64,000 bases of DNA from Escherichia coli (GCF_003334815.1 NZ_QOWO01000011.1); one strand, 5' to 3'. Counted from the stretch's first letter, positions 46,225-57,558 are shown. Translations and numbers: made by a program. Notes: generated by a model not told the origin, from the sequence alone.

Positions 46225-48315
46225 TTACGCCTTCGAATCCCGCAACTTGCGACTCAGCCAAATCCCGTGATGCGGTCGCTGACGCCATGCCATCGACGAA
46301 ATGGTGTGCATGGTGTTCAGATGACCAATAACCCGCTGTAAATGCTGCTCCAGCGTACCTGCCGCGCCTTCGTGCGGCTGCATCTCCGGCGCATCCATGA
46401 TATTGGCATCGCCAGAACTACCCGGTTCGTCATACTCCAGTCGCTGCTGACAACGCTGAATGGCGATTTCACAAGACTGTAAATACTCTTGTGCCAGTTC
46501 AGGTGGCAATGCCCGGTGTTCCCGCGCCAGCGTGGTCATGGCATTAATATGCTCAACAATAAACTGGCTGTGCGTTACCCACAGTTTCATATCTGCCAGA
46601 TAATGGCTGTTAAACGCCGGTTCCTGCATCGCCTGATTCAATGAGTTATACAGAGTGTTATGTGCCTGATTTACCCGCATTCGCTGCCAGGCCAGTGGCG
46701 TAGGTTGCGGATCCTCGCTAAGAATCAAGCGAATCGCTTCCTGATAGGCTTCTAAAGCATCATGGGCGTTTTTACGCAATAACCCGCTCTGCCACTGCGG
46801 CCACAGCCAGACAGTACCGCCGAAAGCAATTAAACAACCAATAATGGTATCGATAAGACGCGGAAGGATGTATTGCTCGCCGTTCAACCACAATAGTTGC
46901 AGGGTATACACTGCGGTAATAGTAAAACCGACCGTCGCCCAGCCGTAGTTTTTGCGCAATATCAGGTAGCTGGCGAGGGTGGTAATCAGCATCAACGTCA
47001 GGGTGTAACCTTCGGGAATTTTAAAGTGCAGCGCCACGCCCGCAATGATTAACCCGACCACGGTTCCCACGGAGCGATTCACAATCCTCAGACGGGTTGC
47101 GCCATAGCCATTTTGTGTCACCAGCAATACCGTCATCAGGATCCAGTACGACTTCGGCAGATGCAGCGCGGTGCCCATCAGGCTGGCAACGCTTAACATC
47201 ACACTGAGTCGTCCGGCATTGCGTAGCGCCGGAGACTTTAGTGACAGATAACTTTTCAGCGCCGGAAGTAATGGCATTCGCCGCTGTTTATCGGCCAGTA
47301 AGTCACGGGCATAGAGCGGTTTTTGGGTGCGCAGCACGCGGGCGATGCGGCTGAAATGCCAGTAGCAGAATTGCCCAACCGGATTATCCGGATGCTGGCG
47401 GGCGATTTTTTCCAGTGCGCCAATTTGCTTTTCCATCGTAAAACGCGTTGGCAGGCGATGGTAAAGAATGTCATCAGCCAGCACGCGCAGGCGAGCGGCG
47501 ACGGTTTGCGCATTCCAGCGGATAACTTCTTCCGCATGGCTACGCTCGACCAGCTTTTGCACCTCTTCCGGCTGATGCAAACTGACCGAAATATGTTCCT
47601 GTAAATCCAGCGCCTCCTGGAAAATACGCAGCATCCGCTTGTAGTCAGTATTATTTTGCGCGGAAAGCATATGCATTTGCTGATAGCACTGGGTAATTAG
47701 ATCGACCGCTTTTTGCTGGCGCACCAGCAGCGGCGGCAGCGCTTTTTCAGGGTCGGTGTGCTGGGTAAGCAGGCTGTATTTGGCTTCACAATAATCTGCC
47801 AGTTCACGGTACAGCAGACTTAGTGACTCGCGCAGCGGTTGTTCGCGCCAGATCCAGAACCAAAACCAGTTAAACAATCCGTACCAGAGAGTGCCCAACG
47901 CATAGATGAGCAACGGTTCCCAGACCGGCATGTATCCCGCCAAACTGAGGGTAAAAATGGCGGCGAGCAGCGATGCAGGAAGCAATTTTGCGTGCAATGG
48001 CCCCAGCTCAGCAGTGACGCCAAGTACCAGCGTTAATCCGGTCAGCAAAAAGGGCAGGGGAACATCTTTTGCCAGTAGTAGCTGTGTCAGCAAGCTACAG
48101 GTGGCAAACAGCGACGCACCAATGATTAAGCGTTTGAAAAAACGTTTATGAGGCGTATCAAGGCCCGCAATATTGCAACAGGCAGGAACGAGGGAGAAGA
48201 GCAGACCGAATCGTAATTCGCCAAGCATTAACCCAACGGCCACGGGCAAACATAGCACCAGCGTTTGTCGAAGTGCATAGTTGATATCGGGGTGATAAAT
48301 CAGTCTGCGCCACAT
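46225..48315 (-). CDS. yhfK: Large inner-membrane protein of unknown function (FUSC-like), about 696 aa.
   Basis: Multi-TM sequence. The ATG at 48313-48315 (MWRRLIYH...) is preferred; the track ORF starts at a TTG 4 codons upstream (48327). Confidence 0.8.
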   Translation of the reverse strand: MWRRLIYHPDINYALRQTLVLCLPVAVGLMLGELRFGLLFSLVPACCNIAGLDTPHKRFFKRLIIGASLFATCSLLTQLLLAKDVPLPFLLTGLTLVLGVTAELGPLHAKLLPASLLAAIFTLSLAGYMPVWEPLLIYALGTLWYGLFNWFWFWIWREQPLRESLSLLYRELADYCEAKYSLLTQHTDPEKALPPLLVRQQKAVDLITQCYQQMHMLSAQNNTDYKRMLRIFQEALDLQEHISVSLHQPEEVQKLVERSHAEEVIRWNAQTVAARLRVLADDILYHRLPTRFTMEKQIGALEKIARQHPDNPVGQFCYWHFSRIARVLRTQKPLYARDLLADKQRRMPLLPALKSYLSLKSPALRNAGRLSVMLSVASLMGTALHLPKSYWILMTVLLVTQNGYGATRLRIVNRSVGTVVGLIIAGVALHFKIPEGYTLTLMLITTLASYLILRKNYGWATVGFTITAVYTLQLLWLNGEQYILPRLIDTIIGCLIAFGGTVWLWPQWQSGLLRKNAHDALEAYQEAIRLILSEDPQPTPLAWQRMRVNQAHNTLYNSLNQAMQEPAFNSHYLADMKLWVTHSQFIVEHINAMTTLAREHRALPPELAQEYLQSCEIAIQRCQQRLEYDEPGSSGDANIMDAPEMQPHEGAAGTLEQHLQRVIGHLNTMHTISSMAWRQRPHHGIWLSRKLRDSKA

Positions 48316-48330
48316 CGGGGGAAACAAAAT

Positions 48331-48353
48331 GGCGCGCTACCAGGTAACGCGCC
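48331..48353 (-). terminator. Intrinsic terminator of crp.
   Basis: GC-rich hairpin GGCGCGCTACC-a-GGTAACGCGCC followed on the minus strand by ATTTTGTTTC. Confidence 0.6.
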
Positions 48354-48365
48354 ACTCCGACGGGA

Positions 48366-48998
48366 TTAACGAGTGCCGTAAACGACGATGGTTTTACCGT
48401 GTGCGGAGATCAGGTTCTGATCTTCCAGCATCTTCAGAATGCGTCCCACGGTTTCACGAGAACAGCCGACAATCTGACCAATTTCCTGACGGGTAATTTT
48501 GATTTGCATACCGTCCGGGTGAGTCATAGCGTCTGGTTGTTTTGCCAGATTCAGCAGAGTCTGTGCAATGCGGCCCGTCACGTCGAGGAACGCCAGGTTG
48601 CCCACTTTCTCTGAAGTGACTTGCAGACGACGCGCCATCTGTGCAGACAAACGCATCAGAATGTCCGGGTTTACCTGAATCAATTGGCGAAATTTTTTGT
48701 ACGAAATTTCAGCCACTTCACAGGCGGTTTTCGCACGTACCCATGCGCTACGTTCCTGGCCCTCTTCAAACAGGCCCAGTTCGCCAATAAAATCACCCTG
48801 ATTCAGATAGGAGAGGATCATTTCTTTACCCTCTTCGTCTTTGATCAGCACTGCCACAGAGCCTTTAACGATGTAGTACAGCGTTTCCGCTTTTTCACCC
48901 TGGTGAATAAGCGTGCTCTTGGATGGGTACTTATGAATGTGGCAATGAGACAAGAACCATTCGAGAGTCGGGTCTGTTTGCGGTTTGCCAAGCACCAT
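48366..48998 (-). CDS. crp: cAMP receptor protein, 210 aa, wild-type sequence.
   Basis: [50 protein letters not shown]..., with the DNA-binding helix RETVGRILK. Confidence 0.98.
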
Positions 48999-49299
48999 GC
49001 GCGGTTATCCTCTGTTATAAGCTTTCTCCAGAGCCAGATAACGCCGCTGTCTCTGGATTGCCGAAATATGCTTCCCGCTACCTGGGAAGGGGCTATCAAC
49101 TGTACTGCACGGTAATGTGACGTCCTTTGCATACATGCAGTACATCAATGTATTACTGTAGCATCCTGACTGTTTTAGCATAGCTTTCGCTTGGTGTCTC
49201 CTGGTGTCTCGCTTCAGCATGACCCAGGTCGCCTTCCGTTGCGCGATTTGGTTAGTACGCGTACTCTGTCAGGAAAATTGACGCAGTGGAGTAGCAAAA

Positions 49300-49704
49300 A
49301 TGCAAGCGCGAGTGAAGTGGGTCGAAGGGTTAACTTTTCTGGGCGAATCCGCCTCTGGTCATCAGATTTTAATGGACGGCAACTCAGGCGATAAAGCACC
49401 AAGTCCGATGGAAATGGTGTTGATGGCGGCGGGTGGTTGCAGTGCCATCGATGTGGTTTCGATCCTGCAAAAAGGGCGTCAGGATGTGGTCGATTGTGAA
49501 GTAAAATTGACCTCTGAACGCCGCGAAGAGGCACCACGCCTGTTTACGCACATTAATCTGCATTTTATCGTCACCGGTCGCGACCTGAAAGACGCAGCGG
49601 TTGCGCGTGCGGTTGATCTCTCTGCCGAGAAATATTGTTCAGTGGCGTTGATGCTGGAAAAAGCGGTGAATATTACTCACTCGTATGAAGTGGTTGCCGC
49701 GTGA
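49300..49704 (+). CDS. yhfA: OsmC/Ohr-family protein, 134 aa.
   Basis: OsmC-like sequence; position and length. Confidence 0.85.
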   Translation: MQARVKWVEGLTFLGESASGHQILMDGNSGDKAPSPMEMVLMAAGGCSAIDVVSILQKGRQDVVDCEVKLTSERREEAPRLFTHINLHFIVTGRDLKDAAVARAVDLSAEKYCSVALMLEKAVNITHSYEVVAA

Positions 49705-49724
49705 CTTAACTATCCCGTTGTGAA

Positions 49725-49746
49725 GCCGGATAGTATTTTATCCGGC
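49725..49746. repeat. REP-like hairpin between the convergent genes yhfA and prkB.
   Basis: GCCGGATA-gtattt-TATCCGGC. Confidence 0.45.
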
Positions 49747-49758
49747 GTAATAGCAGAG

Positions 49759-50628
49759 TTACTCGATTTTCTTTCCTTCCATCAATCGTTGCACCAGCGG
49801 CAGCATAATTAATTCCATTGCCAGACCCATTTTGCCGCCCGGTACCACTAACGTATTGATGTGGGAAATGAATGAGCCTTGCAACATCGCCAGCAGCCAG
49901 GGGAAATCGATCCCTTCCAGATTACGAAAATGGATCACCACAAAGCTTTCATCGAGCGACGGGATACCTTTTGCCGCGAACGGGTTTGAAGTGTCGACGG
50001 TGGGAACGCGCTGGAAGTTAAGATGGGTGCGGGAAAACTGCGGTGTGATGTAGTTGATATAGTCTTCCATTGAACGCACTACTGAGTCCATCACTGCTTC
50101 TCGTGAGTGCCCGCGCTCGCTGGTGTCGCGGATCAGTTTTTGAATCCACTCAAGGTTAACGATAGGCACCACGCCGACCAGTAAGTCCACATGCTGCGCA
50201 ACGTTATGCTGTGGCGTGACTACGCCGCCGTGTAAACCTTCATAAAACAGTACATCAGTGGGTTCCGGTAAAGGTTGCCAGGGGGTGAATGTCCCCGGTA
50301 CCTGATTCCACGGTACGGCTTCGTCGTAGGTATGCAGATATTTGCGAGATTTCCCTTTGCCGCTCTGACCGTATTCAATGAAGGTTTGTTCCAGCAGGCC
50401 GAAGTCGTTAGCCTCGGGGCCGAAGTAGCTGATATGCCGCCCGGCGTCGCGCGCTTTGCGGATCGCCATGTCCATTTCCGGGCGGGTGTAACGGTGAAAA
50501 CTGTCGCCTTCCACCTCAGCTGCATGCAGATTTAACTGCGCGAATATTTTACGAAACGCGAGGCTGGTGGTGGTGGTCCCCGCGCCGCTGGATCCTGTTA
50601 CCGCAATGACCGGATGTTTGGCAGACAT
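49759..50628 (-). CDS. prkB: Phosphoribulokinase homologue, 289 aa.
   Basis: P-loop VIAVTGSSGAGTTT; recognised sequence. Confidence 0.9.
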   Translation of the reverse strand: MSAKHPVIAVTGSSGAGTTTTSLAFRKIFAQLNLHAAEVEGDSFHRYTRPEMDMAIRKARDAGRHISYFGPEANDFGLLEQTFIEYGQSGKGKSRKYLHTYDEAVPWNQVPGTFTPWQPLPEPTDVLFYEGLHGGVVTPQHNVAQHVDLLVGVVPIVNLEWIQKLIRDTSERGHSREAVMDSVVRSMEDYINYITPQFSRTHLNFQRVPTVDTSNPFAAKGIPSLDESFVVIHFRNLEGIDFPWLLAMLQGSFISHINTLVVPGGKMGLAMELIMLPLVQRLMEGKKIE

Positions 50629-50681
50629 AGTAACTCCATGACTTAGCTATCATTATTATCTCGTCCGCCGACGGTTGCAGG

Positions 50682-50900
50682 TTATTCGCGAAACTGACTG
50701 CGCGGCATAATATTGACCGTTTCGTGCAGCTCCGACCATACCAGCACCGCTTCTCCGCACTGTAGCTGGCGTTTGACGTCGGCGACTTTCTGTTCAAGTG
50801 TACGCTCATGTTCACCATAATCGGTGCCTTCACGTAACACAAAGCTTTCAATTAAATTTTCCAGCGTTTCGGGGGAGAGGTCTTGCCACGGAATCAACAT
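50682..50900 (-). CDS. yheU: Small conserved protein (UPF0270), 72 aa.
   Basis: Position and length; its start overlaps the yheT stop by 7 nt. Confidence 0.8.
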
Positions 50901-51916
50901 GATTTCGCCTCCAGATACGTTGTTAACCAGTCAGGAATGCGTGACTCCAGCCACATTTGCGGATGAAGTAATGTACCGCCAATAAAGCCAACATGACCGC
51001 CATGTTCAGTCAGTTGATACTCCACCTGCGGGGGGAGACTTTCCGGTTTCGGGATCACCTGATGATCCATAAACGGATCGTCTTTGGCGTGAATAATCAG
51101 CGTCGGTTTGGCGATCCGGTTCAGCATCGGCATGGCGCTACACTGACGATAATAGTCGATAGCGTCGGCGTAGCCGTGAATTCTGGCGGTGATGAGATCG
51201 TCAAATTCACGGATGCGACGTACCGATTTTAACTGCGCGAGATTAATCGGCAGCGTTCCGGGGTAGGCTGCCAGCTTGCGCGCGGCATTGGCTTTTAACA
51301 GGTTCAGCAAGTAACGCTGATAAACGCGGGAAAAGCCCTTTTCCATATGATAGCTACAGGCTTCCAGCATAAACGGCGCAGAGACAATCACCGCCGCATC
51401 AACCGGGAGATCATTGCCTTCCTTTGCCAGCAAACAGGCCAGCATATTACCGCCGAGCGAATAGCCGACGGCAGCCGTTGGCGCATGACCAAATTCGCGT
51501 TGCAGCCAGCGTAAAAACCAACTGGCGTCTTCGGTTTCGCCCGAATGGTAAATGCGGTGCATACGGTTTGGTTCACCGCTGCATCCGCGAAAATGCATCA
51601 CCACGCCCAGCCAGCCGCGCTTTTGCGCCGCCTCAACCAGACCGTGGGCGTAAGGGCTGTTGAGACTGCCTTCCAGCCCGTGAAACACCACCAGACGAGG
51701 TTTATGTTGCGCCTGTGCAGGGTTTTCACTCCACGCAAGATCGACAAAATCGCCGTCGGGCAACTCCAGCCGCTGCCAGTACGGGGTGAATTTCACCTGA
51801 CGACGAAACAGACGCGGCAGCATGGTTTGCAGATGACAATTGCTAAAGCCGCGCATGGGGATGAATTCAGCACTGCTGCTGAATTCATTGGCATCGGTCG
51901 TCGTTATCTGCGCCAT
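50894..51916 (-). CDS. yheT: Alpha/beta-hydrolase-fold protein, 340 aa.
   Basis: Nucleophile elbow GYSLGGN; its start shares 1 nt with the yheS stop. Confidence 0.85.
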
Positions 51917-53829
51917 CAGTTGCTTTGGCCTTCCAGCAGCATCTGCTCAAGCTGCTCCTGGGCTTCCAGCCATGCCATTTCGCACTCTTCCAGGCCGGAT
52001 TTGGCGCTGGCTTGCTGTTGCAGGCAGGCGGTCAACTCCGCTTTACGGCTCTGGTCATACAGTTCGCTGTCGCCGAGTTTCTCTTCCGCCTGCGCCAGTT
52101 GCGCGTTCAGCTTCTCCATCTCTTTTTCCAGACGGGCAATCTCTTTACGCAGTGGCTGGGTTTGCGCACGCAGCTCAGCTTCCCGACGCTTCTGATCTTT
52201 ACGTGCCTGGGCGCTGTTCGCATTCTCTTTTGGCGCTTCGTCGGTCTGGTTTTCCTGCTTTTGTACGTCGCTCAACCACTGTTGATAATCTTCCAGATCG
52301 CCGTCGAACGGTTCGACTTTACGATCGTGAACCAGGTAGAGATCGTCAGTGGTGGAACGCAGCAAATGACGGTCGTGCGAAACGACAACCAGCGCGCCTT
52401 CAAACTCGATTAATGCTTCGGTGAGTGCCTGACGCATGTCGAGGTCAAGGTGGTTAGTCGGTTCGTCGAGCAGCAGCAGATTCGGCCGCTGCCAGACAAT
52501 TAATGCCAGCACCAGGCGGGCTTTTTCCCCACCGGAGAAGCGGCGCGTTTCTTCGGTTACTTTATCGCCCTGGAAACCAAAGCCGCCGAGGTAGTCACGC
52601 AGTTTTTGTTCCAGCTCCTGCGGCGCTAAACGTGCCAGATGTTGAATAGGTGATTCGTCGGCGCGCAGGTATTCAAGTTGATGCTGGGCGAAGTAGCCGA
52701 GTTTGATCCCTTTCGCCAGACCAATTTCACCGCTGACTGGCGCAAGTTCACCGGCTAACAGTTTGATTAATGTCGATTTACCCGCGCCATTGCGGCCTAA
52801 CAGACCAATACGCGAGCCGGGCACCAGGTTCAGTTTAATCGAGTCGAGAATAATGCGATCGCCATAGCCCGCGCTGACTTTTTCCATCTTCAGTAACGGA
52901 TTTGGCAGGCTTTCCGGCGCGCGGAAGCTAAAGCGGAACGGGTTGTCGACGTGCGCGGGGGCAATTAGCTCCATACGCTCGAGCATCTTAATGCGGCTCT
53001 GGGCCTGCTTCGCTTTGGTGGCTTTGGCACGGAAACGGTCGATATAACTTTGCAGATGCGCTACGCGTTCCTGCTGGCTTTCGTACATCGCTTGTTGCTG
53101 CGCCAGACGGGTGGCGCGCTGTACTTCAAACGAACTGTAGTTGCCGGTGTACTCGAACATGCTTTGTTGTTCGATATGAATAATTTTATCGACGATCGGA
53201 TCGAGGAAGTCGCGGTCGTGAGAGATCAGGATCAGCGTGCCCTGATAGCTCTTCAGCCATTTTTCCAGCCAGATAACGGCATCGAGATCGAGGTGGTTAG
53301 TCGGTTCGTCGAGCAGCAGCAAGTCTGAACGGCAAATCAGCGCCTGGGCAAGGTTAAGACGCATACGCCAGCCCCCGGAAAAATCACTTACCGGGCGCTC
53401 CAGTTGTTCATTGCTGAAACCGAGGCCGTGCAGCAGGCTGGCAGCACGGGAGCGAATACTCCATGCGTCAATAGCATCCAGCTTGCCATGAATGGTCGCA
53501 ATGGCGTGCCCGTCGTTACGTTCGTTGGCGTCGTGTAGCTGCGCTTCTAGTTGACGATATTCACGGTCGCCGTCAATGACATATTCCAGCGCCGCTTGCG
53601 GTAACGCCGGCGTTTCCTGATTCACCCACGCCAGTTGCCAGCTTCCCGGAAAGGTGTAGCTGCCGCCGTCGGCGCTGATTTCATTTTTCAGCAATGCCAG
53701 CAGGGTAGATTTACCACAGCCGTTTTTACCCACCAGGCCGACTTTCTGCCCAGGGTTGATGGTGGCGGTGGCATTATCCAGCAGGACGCGCACGCCGCGA
53801 CGAATTTGTAACGAGGAGAAAACAATCAT
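51916..53829 (-). CDS. yheS: ABC-F family ATPase with two ABC cassettes and a charged coiled-coil C-terminus, 637 aa.
   Basis: Two Walker A motifs, GKNGCGKST and GRNGAGKST, with signature motifs, followed by a long K/E/Q-rich C-terminal helix. Confidence 0.9.
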   Translation of the reverse strand: MIVFSSLQIRRGVRVLLDNATATINPGQKVGLVGKNGCGKSTLLALLKNEISADGGSYTFPGSWQLAWVNQETPALPQAALEYVIDGDREYRQLEAQLHDANERNDGHAIATIHGKLDAIDAWSIRSRAASLLHGLGFSNEQLERPVSDFSGGWRMRLNLAQALICRSDLLLLDEPTNHLDLDAVIWLEKWLKSYQGTLILISHDRDFLDPIVDKIIHIEQQSMFEYTGNYSSFEVQRATRLAQQQAMYESQQERVAHLQSYIDRFRAKATKAKQAQSRIKMLERMELIAPAHVDNPFRFSFRAPESLPNPLLKMEKVSAGYGDRIILDSIKLNLVPGSRIGLLGRNGAGKSTLIKLLAGELAPVSGEIGLAKGIKLGYFAQHQLEYLRADESPIQHLARLAPQELEQKLRDYLGGFGFQGDKVTEETRRFSGGEKARLVLALIVWQRPNLLLLDEPTNHLDLDMRQALTEALIEFEGALVVVSHDRHLLRSTTDDLYLVHDRKVEPFDGDLEDYQQWLSDVQKQENQTDEAPKENANSAQARKDQKRREAELRAQTQPLRKEIARLEKEMEKLNAQLAQAEEKLGDSELYDQSRKAELTACLQQQASAKSGLEECEMAWLEAQEQLEQMLLEGQSN

Positions 53830-53956
53830 AAGGTGCCGTATGTTCAGACTATGTTAACTTATCATTATGATAATGTAATGTATGGGCGAGCTGCCGCACC
53901 GGGCGCAATGGTAGCCCAAAACAGCGACTATACACAAAAACCATACCGGGAGGGGG

Positions 53957-54511
53957 ATGATGTCTCAGCCAGCGAAAGTTTTGCTGCTGTATGCCCATCC
54001 GGAATCTCAGGACTCGGTGGCAAACCGGGTACTGCTTAAACCGGCCACGCAGCTCAGCAATGTTACCGTGCACGACCTTTACGCGCACTATCCCGATTTT
54101 TTTATTGATATCCCCCGTGAGCAGGCATTACTGCGCGAGCACGAGGTGATTGTCTTTCAGCATCCTCTTTATACCTATAGCTGCCCGGCGCTACTGAAAG
54201 AGTGGCTGGACCGGGTATTAAGTCGTGGTTTTGCCAGCGGGCCGGGAGGAAACCAACTGGCGGGAAAGTACTGGCGTAGCGTGATTACCACCGGCGAGCC
54301 GGAAAGTGCTTACCGTTATGACGCGCTGAATCGCTACCCGATGAGCGATGTGCTGCGCCCCTTTGAACTGGCGGCGGGCATGTGCCGGATGCATTGGTTA
54401 AGTCCCATCATTATTTACTGGGCGAGACGGCAAAGCGCACAGGAGCTGGCGAGCCACGCCAGAGCCTACGGTGACTGGCTGGCAAATCCGCTGTCTCCAG
54501 GAGGCCGCTGA
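53957..54511 (+). CDS. kefG: Ancillary NAD(P)H-oxidoreductase-like subunit of the KefB K+ efflux system, 184 aa.
   Basis: [20 protein letters not shown], a flavodoxin-like quinone-reductase fold; its stop overlaps the kefB start. Confidence 0.9.
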
Positions 54512-56316
54512 TGGAAGGTTCCGATTTTTTACTCGCAGGAGTGCTGTTTCTCTTCGCGGCGGTGGCTGCGGTGCCGCTGGCATCGCGGCTGGGTATTGGC
54601 GCTGTGTTGGGATATTTGCTGGCAGGGATTGCAATTGGCCCGTGGGGGCTGGGGTTTATTAGCGACGTCGATGAGATCCTCCACTTTTCGGAACTCGGCG
54701 TGGTATTCCTGATGTTTATCATCGGCCTTGAGTTGAATCCCTCCAAACTTTGGCAACTGCGGCGTTCGATTTTTGGCGTAGGCGCGGCACAGGTGCTGTT
54801 AAGCGCGGCGTTGCTGGCGGGATTATTGATGCTGACGGATTTCGCCTGGCAGGCGGCGGTGGTCGGTGGCATTGGCCTTGCGATGTCTTCAACTGCAATG
54901 GCGTTGCAATTGATGCGTGAGAAAGGGATGAATCGCAGCGAATCCGGCCAGCTCGGGTTTTCGGTTCTGCTGTTTCAGGATCTGGCAGTAATCCCAGCAC
55001 TGGCGTTAGTGCCGTTGTTGGCGGGGTCGGCAGACGAACATTTCGACTGGATGAAGGTCGGCATGAAGGTGCTGGCGTTTGTCGGCATGCTGATTGGTGG
55101 GCGCTATTTACTGCGTCCGGTATTCCGCTTTATTGCAGCTTCTGGCGTGCGGGAAGTGTTCACCGCCGCGACGCTGCTGCTGGTGTTGGGTTCCGCATTG
55201 TTTATGGATGCGCTGGGGCTGTCGATGGCGCTCGGTACATTTATTGCGGGCGTGCTGCTGGCGGAAAGTGAATATCGCCATGAACTGGAAACGGCTATCG
55301 ATCCCTTCAAAGGCTTGCTGCTCGGTTTGTTCTTTATCTCTGTCGGCATGTCACTCAACCTCGGGGTGCTTTATACCCATCTGTTGTGGGTAGTGATAAG
55401 CGTGGTTGTGCTGGTGGCGGTGAAAATTCTCGTGCTGTATCTGCTGGCGCGATTGTATGGCGTGCGTAGCTCAGAGCGGATGCAGTTTGCTGGCGTGTTG
55501 AGTCAGGGTGGTGAGTTTGCCTTTGTCCTCTTTTCTACCGCTTCTTCACAACGCTTATTCCAGGGCGACCAGATGGCGTTGTTGCTGGTGACGGTGACGC
55601 TTTCCATGATGACCACGCCGTTGCTGATGAAGCTGGTGGATAAATGGCTATCCCGCCAGTTTAACGGACCGGAAGAAGAAGACGAAAAACCGTGGGTCAA
55701 CGATGATAAACCCCAGGTCATTGTCGTGGGCTTCGGGCGTTTTGGTCAGGTGATTGGTCGTTTGCTGATGGCAAATAAAATGCGCATTACCGTGCTGGAG
55801 CGGGATATCAGCGCCGTTAACCTGATGCGTAAATACGGCTACAAAGTTTATTACGGCGACGCCACGCAGGTCGATCTTTTACGTTCTGCGGGTGCAGAGG
55901 CCGCTGAGTCTATCGTCATTACCTGTAACGAGCCGGAAGACACCATGAAGCTGGTGGAAATATGCCAACAGCACTTTCCGCATTTGCATATTCTTGCGCG
56001 AGCGCGCGGACGTGTGGAAGCGCATGAGTTATTACAGGCAGGGGTGACGCAGTTTTCCCGTGAAACATTCTCCAGTGCGTTAGAGCTGGGGCGCAAGACG
56101 CTGGTCACGCTTGGCATGCATCCGCATCAGGCACAGCGAGCGCAACTGCATTTTCGCCGCCTGGATATGCGGATGCTGCGAGAGCTCATCCCAATGCATG
56201 CCGATACCGTACAAATTTCTCGCGCCAGGGAAGCCCGACGCGAACTGGAAGAGATTTTCCAGCGTGAAATGCAACAAGAACGACGCCAGCTGGACGGCTG
56301 GGATGAATTTGAGTAG
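54511..56316 (+). CDS. kefB: Glutathione-gated K+ efflux antiporter KefB, 601 aa.
   Basis: N-terminal CPA2 membrane domain and a C-terminal KTN/RCK Rossmann motif [11 protein letters not shown]. Confidence 0.95.
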   Translation: MEGSDFLLAGVLFLFAAVAAVPLASRLGIGAVLGYLLAGIAIGPWGLGFISDVDEILHFSELGVVFLMFIIGLELNPSKLWQLRRSIFGVGAAQVLLSAALLAGLLMLTDFAWQAAVVGGIGLAMSSTAMALQLMREKGMNRSESGQLGFSVLLFQDLAVIPALALVPLLAGSADEHFDWMKVGMKVLAFVGMLIGGRYLLRPVFRFIAASGVREVFTAATLLLVLGSALFMDALGLSMALGTFIAGVLLAESEYRHELETAIDPFKGLLLGLFFISVGMSLNLGVLYTHLLWVVISVVVLVAVKILVLYLLARLYGVRSSERMQFAGVLSQGGEFAFVLFSTASSQRLFQGDQMALLLVTVTLSMMTTPLLMKLVDKWLSRQFNGPEEEDEKPWVNDDKPQVIVVGFGRFGQVIGRLLMANKMRITVLERDISAVNLMRKYGYKVYYGDATQVDLLRSAGAEAAESIVITCNEPEDTMKLVEICQQHFPHLHILARARGRVEAHELLQAGVTQFSRETFSSALELGRKTLVTLGMHPHQAQRAQLHFRRLDMRMLRELIPMHADTVQISRAREARRELEEIFQREMQQERRQLDGWDEFE

Positions 56317-56325
56317 AGGGTAAAG

Positions 56326-56526
56326 ATGGCAATCCGAAAACGTTTTATTGCGGGCGCAAAATGCCCGGCCTGTCAGGCGCAGGATTCAATGGCGATGTGG
56401 CGCGAAAATAATATTGATATTGTTGAATGTGTTAAGTGCGGACATCAGATGCGAGAAGCAGACAAAGAAGCCCGCGATCACGTTCGCAAAGATGAGCAAG
56501 TGATCGGGATTTTTCATCCGGACTAG
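56326..56526 (+). CDS. yheV: Small zinc-ribbon protein, 66 aa.
   Basis: Two CxxC pairs, CPAC and CVKC. Confidence 0.8.
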   Translation: MAIRKRFIAGAKCPACQAQDSMAMWRENNIDIVECVKCGHQMREADKEARDHVRKDEQVIGIFHPD

Positions 56527-56620
56527 CGATATGCGCCGAGTTTTTTTAAGCTAGTGAGTACACGGCTGCAGAATTCCGCTACAATCTGCGCCACTATTCT
56601 TCCCATGCTCAGGAGATATC

Positions 56621-57211
56621 ATGAAAGTAGCAAAAGACCTGGTGGTCAGCCTGGCCTATCAGGTACGTACAGAAGACGGTGTGTTGGTTGATGAGTCTCC
56701 GGTGAGTGCGCCGCTGGACTACCTGCATGGTCACGGTTCCCTGATCTCTGGCCTGGAAACGGCGCTGGAAGGTCATGAAGTTGGCGACAAATTTGATGTC
56801 GCTGTTGGCGCGAACGACGCTTACGGTCAGTACGACGAAAACCTGGTGCAACGTGTTCCTAAAGACGTATTTATGGGCGTTGATGAACTGCAGGTAGGTA
56901 TGCGTTTCCTGGCTGAAACCGACCAGGGTCCGGTACCGGTTGAAATCACTGCGGTTGAAGACGATCACGTCGTGGTTGATGGTAACCACATGCTGGCCGG
57001 TCAGAACCTGAAATTCAACGTTGAAGTTGTGGCGATTCGCGAAGCGACTGAAGAAGAACTGGCTCATGGTCACGTTCACGGCGCGCACGATCACCACCAC
57101 GATCACGACCACGACGGTTGCTGCGGCGGTCATGGCCACGATCACGGTCATGAACACGGTGGCGAAGGCTGCTGTGGCGGTAAAGGCAACGGCGGTTGCG
57201 GTTGCCACTAA
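56621..57211 (+). CDS. slyD: FKBP-type peptidyl-prolyl isomerase and metallochaperone SlyD with a His/Cys/Gly-rich C-terminal tail, 196 aa.
   Basis: FKBP/IF domains followed by HGHVHGAHDHHHDHDHDGCCGGHGHDHGHEHGGEGCCGGKGNGGCGCH. Confidence 0.95.
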   Translation: MKVAKDLVVSLAYQVRTEDGVLVDESPVSAPLDYLHGHGSLISGLETALEGHEVGDKFDVAVGANDAYGQYDENLVQRVPKDVFMGVDELQVGMRFLAETDQGPVPVEITAVEDDHVVVDGNHMLAGQNLKFNVEVVAIREATEEELAHGHVHGAHDHHHDHDHDGCCGGHGHDHGHEHGGEGCCGGKGNGGCGCH

Positions 57212-57226
57212 TACCGAAAAAGTGAC

Positions 57227-57255
57227 AAAAAAGCGGGGAATCCCCGCTTTTTTTA
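57227..57255. terminator. Bidirectional intrinsic terminator between the convergent genes slyD and slyX.
   Basis: AAAAGCGGGG-aat-CCCCGCTTTTTTT. Confidence 0.8.
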
Positions 57256-57259
57256 CGCC

Positions 57260-57478
57260 TCAATAATGTGGCGGTGGCGTTTCTTCAGCCTGCGACGCGA
57301 TGTTCGACGGCTGGCTGGCTTTTAACTTCTCGGTCAGCAGACGCAGATGATCGCGCAGTTTCGCCATCTCCATTTCATGAGCGGTCACCGTGACGTTCAG
57401 TTCTTCAATGGTGATTTCCTGAAAAGCCAGTCGGCTCTCCAGCTCTGCCAGGCGTGCTTCCAATGATAAATCCTGCAT
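57260..57478 (-). CDS. slyX: SlyX, a small coiled-coil protein, 72 aa.
   Basis: Recognised sequence, position and length. Confidence 0.85.
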
Positions 57479-57558
57479 GATTCACCTCTTTTGTCGAATG
57501 GTCGCCGCGGATTCTACTTAACTTTGCTGCCCGAGACAGCACTCATTTCGCGGTCATC

